Positions 1 to 9,458 of a stretch of 32,000 nucleotides of DNA are shown piece after piece; the stretch's first letter is position 1; each line of letters opens with the position of its first letter. Below the pieces are notes generated by a model, which made no database searches, had not been told where the DNA came from, and worked only from the letters and a program-made list of their open reading frames with translations. Made by a program: the position numbers and the translations under genes. Source of the stretch: Candidatus Nitrosopumilus koreensis AR1 (GTDB lineage: Archaea; Thermoproteota; Nitrososphaeria; Nitrososphaerales; Nitrosopumilaceae); assembly GCF_000299365.1 (NCBI RefSeq), contig NC_018655.1, positions 30,001-62,000 of the forward strand. Reading direction: 5' to 3'.

Positions 1-770
1 TCTCTGGTGAATTTGAATGATCCTTTCTTTTTTTCTATATTAGTTTGAATTTCTGCAATAATTGGTTTTAATGATTTTTCTGCAGATTTAAAATCTTCTG
101 AGGTGATAGACAATCTATATTTTGGTGCACCCAAATATGTAATGTCAATGGTAGAATCTTTTTTTAGTTCATCCAAAAGAACTTTTTTAATAATTTCAAT
201 TCCATCTGATTTTGAGTTAATAATTTCCATAATTCCTCTAATTTCTACCGATGGAAGTTTGATTTTAGAACAAATTTCTTCGATCACATTTGCCGTTTTC
301 TTTGGAATTTTTAATTCTTTGACTGAATCAATTCCATTTCTTCCAATTTCAATAAATGCATCATAAATCGAATCATATTTTGAATAAATACTGTCTTCTA
401 GTTTTTCAATATCTTGGTCAGATAATTTTGCTTTTTCTTGAACATTCTGTAATAGAGTTTTTCCTTTCTCAAATTTTTTAACTTCTTTTAATTTTTGCTT
501 TTTCTGATCTTTTGAAACCTGTTTTAATGAAAGGTCAATGTCTCCACGTTGAGGATTTACTTTTTTTACTAGAAGAACTTTTTTCTCTCCGTCTTTAACA
601 AATCTATTTACTGATCTTATCCAACCAGGTGCAATTTCGGAAATGTGTAAAAACCCTTGTAAATTATCATATTCATCTAATGTAACATATGCACCATGAT
701 CCATGACTTTGGTGACTGTCGCAAGGACAATTTCTCCCTGTTCAGGCATTTCTTGAACTTCTGTAGACAT
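1..770 (-). CDS. eif2a: translation initiation factor aIF2 alpha subunit (C-terminal end runs off the window)
   Basis: Absent from the ORF track because no stop lies inside the window. ATG at 770-768. Hand translation MSTEVQEMPEQGEIVLATVTKVMDHGAYVTLDEYDNLQGFLHISEIAPGWIRSVNRFVKDGEKKVLLVKKVNPQRGDIDLSLKQV... is the S1/OB domain typical of e/aIF2-alpha. Frame stays open for 256 codons to position 3. Confidence 0.85.
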   Translation of the reverse strand, partial: MSTEVQEMPEQGEIVLATVTKVMDHGAYVTLDEYDNLQGFLHISEIAPGWIRSVNRFVKDGEKKVLLVKKVNPQRGDIDLSLKQVSKDQKKQKLKEVKKFEKGKTLLQNVQEKAKLSDQDIEKLEDSIYSKYDSIYDAFIEIGRNGIDSVKELKIPKKTANVIEEICSKIKLPSVEIRGIMEIINSKSDGIEIIKKVLLDELKKDSTIDITYLGAPKYRLSITSEDFKSAEKSLKPIIAEIQTNIEKKKGSFKFTR

Positions 771-809
771 TTCTTCTAAAACTCTTGTTGTGTAAATTAA
801 TGTTGCTGG

Positions 810-1340
810 TTAGAAATCAATTCCTTTTTTGGCTTTGATCCCCTTTTGAAAAGGATGTTTGATCTCCTTCATTTCTGTGACTAAATCCGCAATTTCTATT
901 ACTTCTTCTTTTGCATAATTTCCTGTTAGAACTAAATCCACATCCTCAGGTTTTGCTTTAATCAATTCTAGCACATCATCTACAGAAATTAGATTCAAAT
1001 TAACTGCATAGTTAATTTCATCTAAAATCACAATATCATATTTTCTTGATTGAATCTTTTCATTACTAATTTTTATTGCTTCTTTTGCAACTTTTTCATG
1101 GTCTTCTTTTGGACTTTTGTCGTCAATAATGCCTACAAATCCCTTTCCAACTGTAACCATCTCAAATTCTGGTTCAAGTTTTTTTGTTGAATCCATCTCT
1201 CCATAATGCCACGAACCTTTGATAAACTGAATCATACAGATTTTTTTATCATAGCCTGTAGCTCTTAATGCAAGTCCTAAAGCAGCAGTTGTCTTACCTT
1301 TGCCTTTTCCTGTATATACAATTGTTAAACCGTCACTCAT
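810..1340 (-). CDS. cobO: ATP:cob(I)alamin (cob(I)yrinic acid a,c-diamide) adenosyltransferase, CobO/CobA/BtuR type
   Basis: 176 aa. P-loop YTGKGKGKTTAALGLALRA, then QFIKGSWHYGE, characteristic of the CobA/CobO family. Confidence 0.9.
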   Translation of the reverse strand: MSDGLTIVYTGKGKGKTTAALGLALRATGYDKKICMIQFIKGSWHYGEMDSTKKLEPEFEMVTVGKGFVGIIDDKSPKEDHEKVAKEAIKISNEKIQSRKYDIVILDEINYAVNLNLISVDDVLELIKAKPEDVDLVLTGNYAKEEVIEIADLVTEMKEIKHPFQKGIKAKKGIDF

Positions 1341-1395
1341 GACATTTCATTTCATCATCTAACTAAAAACATTGAGTATTTTACAAATACATCGA

Positions 1396-1405
1396 TTTAA
1401 ATAAA
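1396..1405 (+). promoter_or_regulatory. TATA-like box (tttaaataaa) upstream of cbiA
   Basis: A/T box centred about 28 nt upstream of the TTG start at 1428, the spacing expected for an archaeal promoter giving a leaderless or very short-leader mRNA. Sequence pattern only. Confidence 0.35.
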
Positions 1406-1427
1406 AAAATAATAGTATTCATGCAAA

Positions 1428-2780
1428 TTGAAAATTCCAAGAATTGTGTTGGCAGGTGCTAGTAGTGGAGTTGGAAAAACATCTATCACCTGTTCAATAA
1501 TTTATGCATTACAAAAAAGAGGTTTTTCTGTTCAACCATTCAAGGTTGGTCCTGATTATATAGATCCAAGTTATCTTTCAAGTATTTCAAAAAATGAAAC
1601 ATTCAATTTGGATGTTTGGTTGATGGGAAAAAATCATTTGTTGTCTAGTTTTGTCTCAAACTCAAAATCTGATGTATCTGTTATTGAAGGTGTCATGGGA
1701 TTTTATGATGGGTTTGATGGTAATTCAAATTATGCTAGTACTCATCATGTATCTGAAATAACAAAATCTCCTGTGATACTTATTCTTGATGCCAGCAAAA
1801 CTGCTCGGTCTATTGCAGCAACTGCTTTGGGATTTCAAAAATTTCATAAAAATTCTGGAATCTCTGCAATAATTCTTAATAAAATAGGTAGTAAAAAACA
1901 CGAAAATCTGTGTAGGCAAGCATTACAAAAAACAAAACTTCCAATAGTTGGAGTGATCCCAAAAGATTACTCTCTTAATCTAGAATCAAGACATCTGGGA
2001 TTGTTCTCTACCTTAGACAGCAAAACATTATACAATAAAATTCAAAAAATTTCAAAAATTATTTCAAAAAATTTAGATATTGATCAAATCATTAAAATTC
2101 TAAAAAATACTTCTGAAATGCAAAACATTTCAAAATCTCTTCATAAAAAACCACAAACAACAATAGCAGTGGCATTAGACACATCTTTTAATTTTTATTA
2201 TCAAGATAATTTGGAAGCTCTTAGAAGAGAAGGAGCATCATTAAAATTCTTTAGTCCTACAAATGATAAAAAAATTCCAAAATGTGATGGATTGTACATT
2301 GGTGGCGGGTTTCCAGAAATTTTAGGTTCTAAATTAGAAAAAAATCAAATCATGAAAAAACTTATCAAAAATCTTGCTGAAGATAATCTTCCAATATATG
2401 CAGAATGTGGTGGATTAATGTATCTCACAAAATCTATTTCATCAGAAAATAAAAAATACAAAATGGTGGGCATTTTTGATGCAGAAACTTGTATGACAAA
2501 AAGAATGAAACTAAATTACACAAAAGGAAAAATTAACCGCTCAATAATTTCTGAAAAACCCCATAATATTCAAGGTCATGAATTTCACTATTCAAGATTA
2601 GATTCTATATCTTCTGATTCAAAGTTTGCTTATGAACTAGAAATTGGTGATGGAATAAAAAATCACAAAGATGGATTGATTCAATACAGTTCTCTTGCGT
2701 CATATGGACATCTTTATTTTGATAGTTCTAACTATGCAAAGAATTTTGTTAAAAACTGTATAAAATACTCACGGAGCTGA
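1428..2780 (+). CDS. cbiA: cobyrinic acid a,c-diamide synthase
   Basis: 450 aa. N-terminal P-loop LAGASSGVGKTS. C-terminal glutamine-amidotransferase-like YAECGGLMYL and GHEFHYS. TTG start; the nearby ATG at 1421 is out of frame. Confidence 0.9.
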   Translation: MKIPRIVLAGASSGVGKTSITCSIIYALQKRGFSVQPFKVGPDYIDPSYLSSISKNETFNLDVWLMGKNHLLSSFVSNSKSDVSVIEGVMGFYDGFDGNSNYASTHHVSEITKSPVILILDASKTARSIAATALGFQKFHKNSGISAIILNKIGSKKHENLCRQALQKTKLPIVGVIPKDYSLNLESRHLGLFSTLDSKTLYNKIQKISKIISKNLDIDQIIKILKNTSEMQNISKSLHKKPQTTIAVALDTSFNFYYQDNLEALRREGASLKFFSPTNDKKIPKCDGLYIGGGFPEILGSKLEKNQIMKKLIKNLAEDNLPIYAECGGLMYLTKSISSENKKYKMVGIFDAETCMTKRMKLNYTKGKINRSIISEKPHNIQGHEFHYSRLDSISSDSKFAYELEIGDGIKNHKDGLIQYSSLASYGHLYFDSSNYAKNFVKNCIKYSRS

Positions 2781-3410
2781 TTCTGCCCTAATCAATTTGA
2801 AAATGGCGTTTATGATTGCGGATGCTGAAGAACTACCTCCTTTTCTGCCCAAATTTGTAATAAATGGAACCTCATCCAACCTAGATAATTCCTCTTTTGA
2901 TTCTGAAGCACAAATGAATCCCACTGGAATACCTATGATTAATGCGGGTTTGACAATTTCCTCTTTTACCATTTTTATCACTTCTTGAAGTGCTGTAGGG
3001 GCATTTCCTATGGCTACAACTCCTCCATCAATATCTGATTTTGCAATCCTCATTGATACTTGAGAGCGTGTTTTTCCCTCTTTTTTTGCCAATTCCATAA
3101 TTTCTGGCTTTGAGATATTGCAAACAATATCATTTCCAAAATCTTTAGGATTTTGTTTATTGAGGCCTCCAATTACTCCATTTACATCTACTACTATGCT
3201 GCAACCATTTTTCAAAGCTTTCATCCCACTTTCAATTGCATCTTTGTGAAAAATTATTCTGTTTTTATCTGCAAAATCAAAATCTGCTGTAGAATGAATG
3301 ATTCTCCTTACAATAGGCCATTCTTTTTCATTGTATGGATGAGAACCAATTTCATCTTCGATCATCTGCATACTTGCATCTTCAATTGATTGACCTTTTT
3401 TAGTTTGCAT
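2769..3410 (-). CDS. cbiC: precorrin-8X / cobalt-precorrin-8 methylmutase
   Basis: 213 aa. IIHSTADFDF and AIGNAPTAL motifs of CbiC/CobH. 12-bp convergent overlap with cbiA and 11-bp same-strand overlap with cbiX. Confidence 0.9.
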   Translation of the reverse strand: MQTKKGQSIEDASMQMIEDEIGSHPYNEKEWPIVRRIIHSTADFDFADKNRIIFHKDAIESGMKALKNGCSIVVDVNGVIGGLNKQNPKDFGNDIVCNISKPEIMELAKKEGKTRSQVSMRIAKSDIDGGVVAIGNAPTALQEVIKMVKEEIVKPALIIGIPVGFICASESKEELSRLDEVPFITNLGRKGGSSSASAIINAIFKLIRAESAP

Positions 3411-4152
3411 CTTCTACCTCTCTTGCTCTTTCAATAATCAAATCAATAATTTTTTCATCTGTTCCAATATGTTTTGTAATAAAAACATCTTTAAGATTTG
3501 ACTCTTTTAGAGCTGGGATCAAATCATTATTAATATCAGTTTTAACATGTGCTCCTTCATGTAAGAAATAAAATACAATTATCAATACTTTTGGTTGATC
3601 TTTTTCACATTTTTTAATTCCCTCAAAGATATCAGGTTGTTCAATCTCTAACCAACAACGACTTACATTTCTATAGGAATTTTTTAGTTCATCTACAATA
3701 TAGTTCAATGACATTTGTGCATTAGGATCTTTACTTCCATGACCAATAATCATCACATCTACATCTTTGTTAGGTAATGCAATGTTGTTTTCTTTCAGGG
3801 TAGTTGCAATTCTGTTTTCAACAATGTCCACCAAAGTTTTATGCATACTCATTGGTTTAGTTATTAGAAATTTTACTTCTGTATCTTTTTGTAATTTCAT
3901 TACATCAGTTACTGCAATCTTGACTTTTTTTCCTGGATACAAAAAATATGGTACTATTGTCAATGAATCAATGTCTTCCTTTAGGCATTTTGAAATTCCG
4001 TCTTTAATGAATGGTGGTTCTACCTCTAAAAAGCAAAAATCAGTAAAAACATAATCTCCTTTAGCCTTGATTCCCGCACAAATTGTCTCTAATTCTTCAG
4101 ATGCCTCTCTTTCTCTACTTCCTCTATCAATAATCAACAATCCCCGTTTCAA
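3400..4152 (-). CDS. cbiX: sirohydrochlorin cobaltochelatase, fused two-domain CbiX
   Basis: 250 aa with two CbiX-like halves. N-half LLIIDRGSRE...PYFLYPG; C-half VMIIGHGSKD...FYFLHEGAHV. 4-bp overlap with cbiG. Confidence 0.8.
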   Translation of the reverse strand: MKRGLLIIDRGSREREASEELETICAGIKAKGDYVFTDFCFLEVEPPFIKDGISKCLKEDIDSLTIVPYFLYPGKKVKIAVTDVMKLQKDTEVKFLITKPMSMHKTLVDIVENRIATTLKENNIALPNKDVDVMIIGHGSKDPNAQMSLNYIVDELKNSYRNVSRCWLEIEQPDIFEGIKKCEKDQPKVLIIVFYFLHEGAHVKTDINNDLIPALKESNLKDVFITKHIGTDEKIIDLIIERAREVEDAN

Positions 4153-5201
4153 TCCTCAATCCTCGCTATAGCTATGGTCAAATTTGGTGGGAATTTCTGC
4201 TTTTCTACAATTAATTTACCATTTGACACTAGAATTGCTGCTGCTTCTGAAACACTGGCTGTTCCTTCAAAGGCTTTTACAGTATCAGATGGGTTGGGTG
4301 CTGTGATTTTAGCCAAATCATCTCTATTAACATATTCTACTGGAATATCCATTTCTTTTCCAACGTCTATCAATCCCTGTACATCTTGTGGTTTTTTTAT
4401 TGAAGCTAGTTTCGCTATTGATTTTGAACTTAGTTCAAATTTTTTTAGACAATCTTCAATACCATCTCTGATAGTTTCTTTTGATGTGTCCCAATGTAAT
4501 CCCACACCAACTACCAAACTTGGAGGTCTGTAAATAACCGATTTAGATGCTAAATCATTTTCAATAATTTTATCTGAAATTATTAAATTTGCTTTAGATT
4601 TTGAATTCTTTAATTCATCTATGGTGTTGTATAATGAAACATTTTTTGGTAATTGTTTATGCCACTTTTTCTCTCCTGCCTCTTGAAAAACCCCTATTGG
4701 TTCCTCATTTACCATATGGGCACTAATTTTTGTAACATTAGAATCATCGTCGATCTTCCAACCCAAATCCCTTCCAACCAAGTCTACTGCAATAGTTTTG
4801 TTTACATCAGCTGCTGTGGTAATTACTGGTTGTGCTTGTAATTTCTGTGCAATTTTTTCAGTAAGTTCATTTGCTCCTCCTATATGTCCTGATAATACAC
4901 TAATTACAAAATTTGTTTTATCATCAATTACAATTACCGCAGGATCTGTTTTCTTGTCTTTAAGATGAGGTGCAATTAATCTAATTACTGCACCTAAAGA
5001 AAACAAGCATATTAAAGCATCATTACTATTGAAAAGTTCAACAATTTTCTCTGATGTGGAATCGGAATACCATGTAATTGAGTTATTTTGATTAGCAAAT
5101 TTGGATGGTGCAAAAACAGTCCATTCTGGAAAACTTTCTTTGAGATTCTGACCTATATTGATACCATTTTTAGTAATGGCAAGAACTGAAATCTTTTCCA
5201 T
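4149..5201 (-). CDS. cbiG: cobalamin biosynthesis protein CbiG (cobalt-precorrin-5A hydrolase)
   Basis: 350 aa. LSGHIGGANELT motif in the N-terminal part. C-terminal LASIKKPQDVQGLI...EGTASVSEAAAIL typical of the CbiG C-domain. Confidence 0.85.
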   Translation of the reverse strand: MEKISVLAITKNGINIGQNLKESFPEWTVFAPSKFANQNNSITWYSDSTSEKIVELFNSNDALICLFSLGAVIRLIAPHLKDKKTDPAVIVIDDKTNFVISVLSGHIGGANELTEKIAQKLQAQPVITTAADVNKTIAVDLVGRDLGWKIDDDSNVTKISAHMVNEEPIGVFQEAGEKKWHKQLPKNVSLYNTIDELKNSKSKANLIISDKIIENDLASKSVIYRPPSLVVGVGLHWDTSKETIRDGIEDCLKKFELSSKSIAKLASIKKPQDVQGLIDVGKEMDIPVEYVNRDDLAKITAPNPSDTVKAFEGTASVSEAAAILVSNGKLIVEKQKFPPNLTIAIARIED

Positions 5202-5232
5202 ATTCAGAACTTTGTTGATTTAATAAAATACC

Positions 5233-6318
5233 TTACCCTTTTTGCTCTCTTGCTAAGATGTTTCCTTCAAAATCAAACAATATGACATCAATAGGAACTT
5301 TTTCTTCACTGTGTTTTCTCATATGTCTATATACTTCACTACAAATTAATTCAAAAAAACCACTCACATTATTTTCTTGAATGATTTCTGATACATGTCT
5401 TGCTGTATTTGCTTTTTTTATACTTTGAATAATTTTTTCGTCAGCATTGACTTTTTTTGCTAATTCTGCTAAAAAATTCATATCTACTTTTGAGCCCTTT
5501 ACATGAGTTTGCTTCACTCCTGCAGCCATTTTTGCAAGTTTTCCAATAAATCCAACAACATATGCCTTTCTGATATTTTTCTTTGCGCATTGTTGAATAG
5601 TGTATCCAGAAAAATCTCCCATCTGTACAAAACAATGTTCTGGAAGATCTACAATTTTTTTTGCAAAATCTTCACTTCTTCCTCCAGTTGTTAACACTAC
5701 TGTATCATTTCCCATCGCAATTGAAACATCCAAATTTTGTCTAATTGATGCAGCATATGACGCAGTTGAAAATGGAATTACTATGCCACTAGTACCTAAA
5801 ATTGAAATACCGTCTTTGATACCTATTCTAGGATTATCCGTTTTTGGTCCTAATTCTTTACCTTTTGGAACTGATATTATGACTCTGATTCCTTTTTCTT
5901 TTAGGACATTTTTGCCTATTTCTTTTAGATTTTCTGTAATCATTTTTTTTGGAACTGGATTGATAGCAGGTTTGTTGATTTCTAAACCTAGGCCTGGTTT
6001 AGTTACTATGCCTACACCTTCTCCACCATCAATTTCAATTTGATTTTTGTTATCATTGAATGTCAACTCAACTATAATTTCTGCACCATGTGTGACATCT
6101 GGATCATCTCCTCCATCCTTTATTACCGAACATTTAGCCTTGTTTTTTTCAAACTGACATGAATTAACAGGAATCTTGATAGTAGTTTTTTTAGGTAAGG
6201 TGATTTCAACTTCTTCAATCTTTTGTTGATTAATAATTGCTAGTAATGCTGCTTTTGATGCTGCAGTAGCAGAACTTCCTGTTGTATAACCTGTTCTTAA
6301 TTTTTTTTCTTCTGCCAC
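5233..6318 (-). CDS. cbiD: cobalt-precorrin-5B (C1)-methyltransferase
   Basis: 361 aa. LRTGYTTGSSATAASKAAL, GGEGVGIVTKPGLGL, INPVPKKMI and LGTSGIVIPFS motifs of CbiD. GTG start at 6318. Confidence 0.9.
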   Translation of the reverse strand: MAEEKKLRTGYTTGSSATAASKAALLAIINQQKIEEVEITLPKKTTIKIPVNSCQFEKNKAKCSVIKDGGDDPDVTHGAEIIVELTFNDNKNQIEIDGGEGVGIVTKPGLGLEINKPAINPVPKKMITENLKEIGKNVLKEKGIRVIISVPKGKELGPKTDNPRIGIKDGISILGTSGIVIPFSTASYAASIRQNLDVSIAMGNDTVVLTTGGRSEDFAKKIVDLPEHCFVQMGDFSGYTIQQCAKKNIRKAYVVGFIGKLAKMAAGVKQTHVKGSKVDMNFLAELAKKVNADEKIIQSIKKANTARHVSEIIQENNVSGFFELICSEVYRHMRKHSEEKVPIDVILFDFEGNILAREQKG

Positions 6319-6379
6319 AAATTAATGCATTCATTTTACTGTATTAACTCTTGTTTACCATTTTTATTTTCCAAATAGA

Positions 6380-6390
6380 TTTAAAATAAA
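6380..6390 (+). promoter_or_regulatory. TATA-like box (tttaaaataaa) upstream of the SDR gene
   Basis: A/T box about 20-25 nt upstream of ATG 6407 in the divergent cbiD/SDR intergenic region. Pattern only. Confidence 0.3.
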
Positions 6391-6406
6391 AGTACTTGAA
6401 ATTTCT

Positions 6407-7276
6407 ATGGACAAACCTCTTCAAATCGTAATTACTGGTGCTAGTGGGTTTATAGCAAAAAATCTTAGGAAATACTTATCTGAAAAAAATGTTAATCTGA
6501 TTTCAATATCTAGAAAAAATTTTAAATCATTCAAAAATGAAACTAAAATCGTTTCTAAAAACTATGAACAAAAATTACTCCTTCCAAAAATAAAAAATTC
6601 TGATGCCGTGATTCATCTTATAGGAATCGGAAAACAATCAATAAAAACTGATTATGAATTAATTAATGTCCAATTAACGCAAAAAATTGTTGATTTATCA
6701 AAAAAAGCAAAAGTCAAAAAATTTGTCTATACAAGTGGACTTGGTGTATCAAAAGATACGCCCTTGGGATATTTTATCTCAAAACTAAAGGCTGAAAAAT
6801 CTATTATCAATTCAAAAATTAACTATACCATTTTTCGACCTTCGTATATTGTAGGTAAAGACGACCTTTTTACCAAACATCTAAAAAAATCTATCAAAAA
6901 AAATAAAGTCATTATTCCAGGTTCTGGAAATTATTCGATACAACCAATTTTTATAAATGATGTTACAAAATTAATTTTTCAATCTATTATTGATGATAGA
7001 TTTAACAATAAGATAATTGATCTTGTTGGGCCTGAAATAATTTCATTTAAAAAATACATTCAACTGTTCTTACAAAAGAAAAAAACAAAACTATCTCATA
7101 TTGATATTGAAGATGCATATCATCTTGCAATAACTAACTCAAAATTTGATTATGGTGTAGATGATCTAAATATTCTGGTTGGAAATTTTGTTGGAAATCA
7201 CAAAAAACTTAAGAATCTATCAAAAATTAATTTTCAATCAATTAAAGAATTGTTAAAGACCGGCTCCTTGCTTTAA
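6407..7276 (+). CDS. NAD(P)-dependent epimerase/dehydratase family protein (extended/atypical SDR, NmrA/NDUFA9-like)
   Basis: 289 aa. Rossmann motif [13 protein letters not shown] and YxxxK (YFISKLKAE). Substrate unknown. Confidence 0.7.
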   Translation: MDKPLQIVITGASGFIAKNLRKYLSEKNVNLISISRKNFKSFKNETKIVSKNYEQKLLLPKIKNSDAVIHLIGIGKQSIKTDYELINVQLTQKIVDLSKKAKVKKFVYTSGLGVSKDTPLGYFISKLKAEKSIINSKINYTIFRPSYIVGKDDLFTKHLKKSIKKNKVIIPGSGNYSIQPIFINDVTKLIFQSIIDDRFNNKIIDLVGPEIISFKKYIQLFLQKKKTKLSHIDIEDAYHLAITNSKFDYGVDDLNILVGNFVGNHKKLKNLSKINFQSIKELLKTGSLL

Positions 7277-8428
7277 TGCATCCACCTTGTTCGTTTTTTC
7301 CCAGCTAAATTCTGGTTCGTTTCTTCCAAAATGACCATATGATGCTGTTTTTTTGTAAATTGGCCTTTTCAAGTCTAACTGAGAAATAATTCCAGATGGT
7401 TTCATATCAAAATTCTTTCTAACCAAGTCTTCAATTTGATTTTCAGGAATTTTGTTTGTTCCAAATGTGTTCACGTATAATGATACTGGTTCTGCAACTC
7501 CAATTGCATATGCAAGTTGAACCTCACATCTGTCTGCAAGACCTGCTGCAACTAAATTTTTTGCAATATATCTACACATGTAACAAGCTGATCTATCTAC
7601 TTTTGATGGATCCTTGCCAGAGAAAGCTCCTCCTCCATGTCTTCCAAAACCCCCATAGGTATCTACAATAATTTTTCTTCCAGTAAGACCTGCATCTCCA
7701 TGTGGTCCTCCAATTACAAATTTTCCAGTTGGATTGATATGAATTTTAATATCGTCATTCCATAAATCCCCTAACACTGGTTTGATAACCTTGTCGATAA
7801 TTTCTTTTCCAATCTCTTCTTGAGATATTTCTGGTGCATGTTGAGTAGACACAACAACTGTTTCAATTTTAGTAGGTTTGTTATCTTCATATCTCACAGA
7901 AACCTGAGTTTTTCCATCTGGTCTTGCCCATGGAAGCGTATTGTTTTTTCTTACTTCAGATAATTTTTGTGCAAGTTTTTGTGAAAGTAATATGGGCATT
8001 GGCATAAGTTCTTTTGTTTCATTTGTAGCATATCCAAACATCAATCCTTGATCTCCTGCTCCTTGTTCTTTTTCTTCAGTAGCTGTAACTCCTTGACTGA
8101 TATCTGGGCTTTGTGAATGGAGACGTAAAGTTACTTCACAAGATTCTGTATCAAACATCAAATCTTTATTATTATATCCAATTTCTCGTATAGTTTTTCT
8201 GACAAGTTCTTCTTGAGCTTTTTTATCAAAATTTGCCTTTGATGTCACTTCTCCTGCAACTGCTACAAAATCTGTAGTAACCATTGTTTCAACTGCAACT
8301 CTTGAATCTGGATCTTGTTTAAGAAATTCATCTAAAAAAGCATCTGAAATATTGTCGCAGATCTTGTCTGGATGACCTTCTGTTACTGATTCAGATGTAA
8401 ATAGAAAATTATTTGTCATAAAACTCAC
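7253..8428 (-). CDS. metK: S-adenosylmethionine synthetase, bacterial/eukaryotic MetK type
   Basis: 391 aa. [36 protein letters not shown] and [35 protein letters not shown] are canonical MetK motifs. 24-bp convergent overlap with the SDR gene. Confidence 0.95.
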   Translation of the reverse strand: MSFMTNNFLFTSESVTEGHPDKICDNISDAFLDEFLKQDPDSRVAVETMVTTDFVAVAGEVTSKANFDKKAQEELVRKTIREIGYNNKDLMFDTESCEVTLRLHSQSPDISQGVTATEEKEQGAGDQGLMFGYATNETKELMPMPILLSQKLAQKLSEVRKNNTLPWARPDGKTQVSVRYEDNKPTKIETVVVSTQHAPEISQEEIGKEIIDKVIKPVLGDLWNDDIKIHINPTGKFVIGGPHGDAGLTGRKIIVDTYGGFGRHGGGAFSGKDPSKVDRSACYMCRYIAKNLVAAGLADRCEVQLAYAIGVAEPVSLYVNTFGTNKIPENQIEDLVRKNFDMKPSGIISQLDLKRPIYKKTASYGHFGRNEPEFSWEKTNKVDALKQGAGL

Positions 8429-8434
8429 TGCCTA

Positions 8435-8680
8435 CTAGAGTTCATTTTCTAGTTTGATGAATAATACGTTGTTACCTCTTACGATAACTCTACCATAATT
8501 TGCAATAGTTTTACCTTCGTGTAATTCCTCAGCATCCGTCATAATCAAATTCATGTATGAGTCAACATTATCCATCTTACCTTTGTATTCGACTTCATTT
8601 TTCAGTCTTACAGTAACTTTCTTCTTTGTACTTTTTTGAAGAGTTGTTAGAGGTCTTTTTGCGCTATTTGATTGAGACAC
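8435..8680 (-). CDS. Sm-like (LSm/SmAP) RNA-binding protein
   Basis: 81 aa. Sm1-like VTVRLKNEVEYKGKMDNVDSYMNLIMTDAEE and Sm2-like RVIVRGNNVLFI. GTG start; no in-frame ATG before the Sm1 motif. Confidence 0.85.
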   Translation of the reverse strand: MSQSNSAKRPLTTLQKSTKKKVTVRLKNEVEYKGKMDNVDSYMNLIMTDAEELHEGKTIANYGRVIVRGNNVLFIKLENEL

Positions 8681-8788
8681 TAATTGTTCACTTGCTTTGC
8701 AACTTTGTTCTCTAGAATAAAAGCCTTACCTCCTTTGAAAAAATTGTAATTCCTTAAATTTTTTCTTCTTTTTCTAGTATTAGTACAG

Positions 8789-9436
8789 ATGATCTCTACT
8801 GGTTTAGAAAAAATTGACAAATTTCTATCGGGTGGAATTCCTGATGGTGTAATTGTAGATATTTTTGGAAAAAATGGAACCGGAAAAACTCAACTATTGT
8901 TACAATTAGCAATAAATTCTATAAAAAATGGGGGTCATGTCTTGTATTTTGATACTACTGGAGGATTTAGACCTGAACGGATTCTGGAGATTCAAAAAAA
9001 ATCTGAAACTCAATTAGATCTTCTTAATCAAATTACAGTTTCAAGGTTAACTAATACTTCTGAACAAATCAATTCAATAAAAAACATCGATAATAATTTT
9101 TCATTAATCGTAATTGATAATGTAACTGATCTGTTTTCTTATGAATATAAAAAAGATGAATCTGTATTTGAGAAAAATTCATTATTTATGAAATACATGC
9201 AAAAATTATCCTATCTTGCAATATCTAAAAAAATCCCTGTAGTTGTTACTAACATGATCAGAAACATAGAAGGAAAAGAAATTGAAAATATGAAAAGCGC
9301 AATTGATCCATTTACACATATCAAAATTCATCTTATAAAAAATTCATCCAAATTTAACGGAAAAATATATTCTGCCTTTGCAGAAGATTCGTTTTCATAC
9401 ATAATTGATAAATCTGGATTATCTGAAGATATTTAA
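8789..9436 (+). CDS. radB: RadB-like RecA-superfamily ATPase
   Basis: 215 aa. TGLEKIDKFLSGGIPDG, Walker A GKNGTGKTQ, YFDTTGGFRPERI and Walker B-like LIVIDNV match the RadA/RadB paralogue layout. Confidence 0.65.
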   Translation: MISTGLEKIDKFLSGGIPDGVIVDIFGKNGTGKTQLLLQLAINSIKNGGHVLYFDTTGGFRPERILEIQKKSETQLDLLNQITVSRLTNTSEQINSIKNIDNNFSLIVIDNVTDLFSYEYKKDESVFEKNSLFMKYMQKLSYLAISKKIPVVVTNMIRNIEGKEIENMKSAIDPFTHIKIHLIKNSSKFNGKIYSAFAEDSFSYIIDKSGLSEDI

Positions 9437-9458
9437 CGGTCTAACATAAAGAATACTA

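Noticed and set aside
103-366. 87-aa plus-strand ORF from the track
   Set aside because: It lies entirely antisense to the well-supported aIF2-alpha gene (1..770, minus strand). Its low-complexity Ile/Ser/Phe-rich translation is typical of a shadow ORF.
1341-1427. Possible cobalamin riboswitch in the cobO/cbiA divergent spacer
   Set aside because: The spacer is only 87 bp and AT-rich, with no B12-box-like conserved core or extended pairing. It is too short for the known riboswitch, which is in any case not established in archaea.
5600-6043. 147-aa plus-strand ORF, long for an AT-rich genome
   Set aside because: It is antisense to cbiD, whose motifs are unambiguous. The translation has no recognisable motifs and reflects the codon bias of the sense gene.
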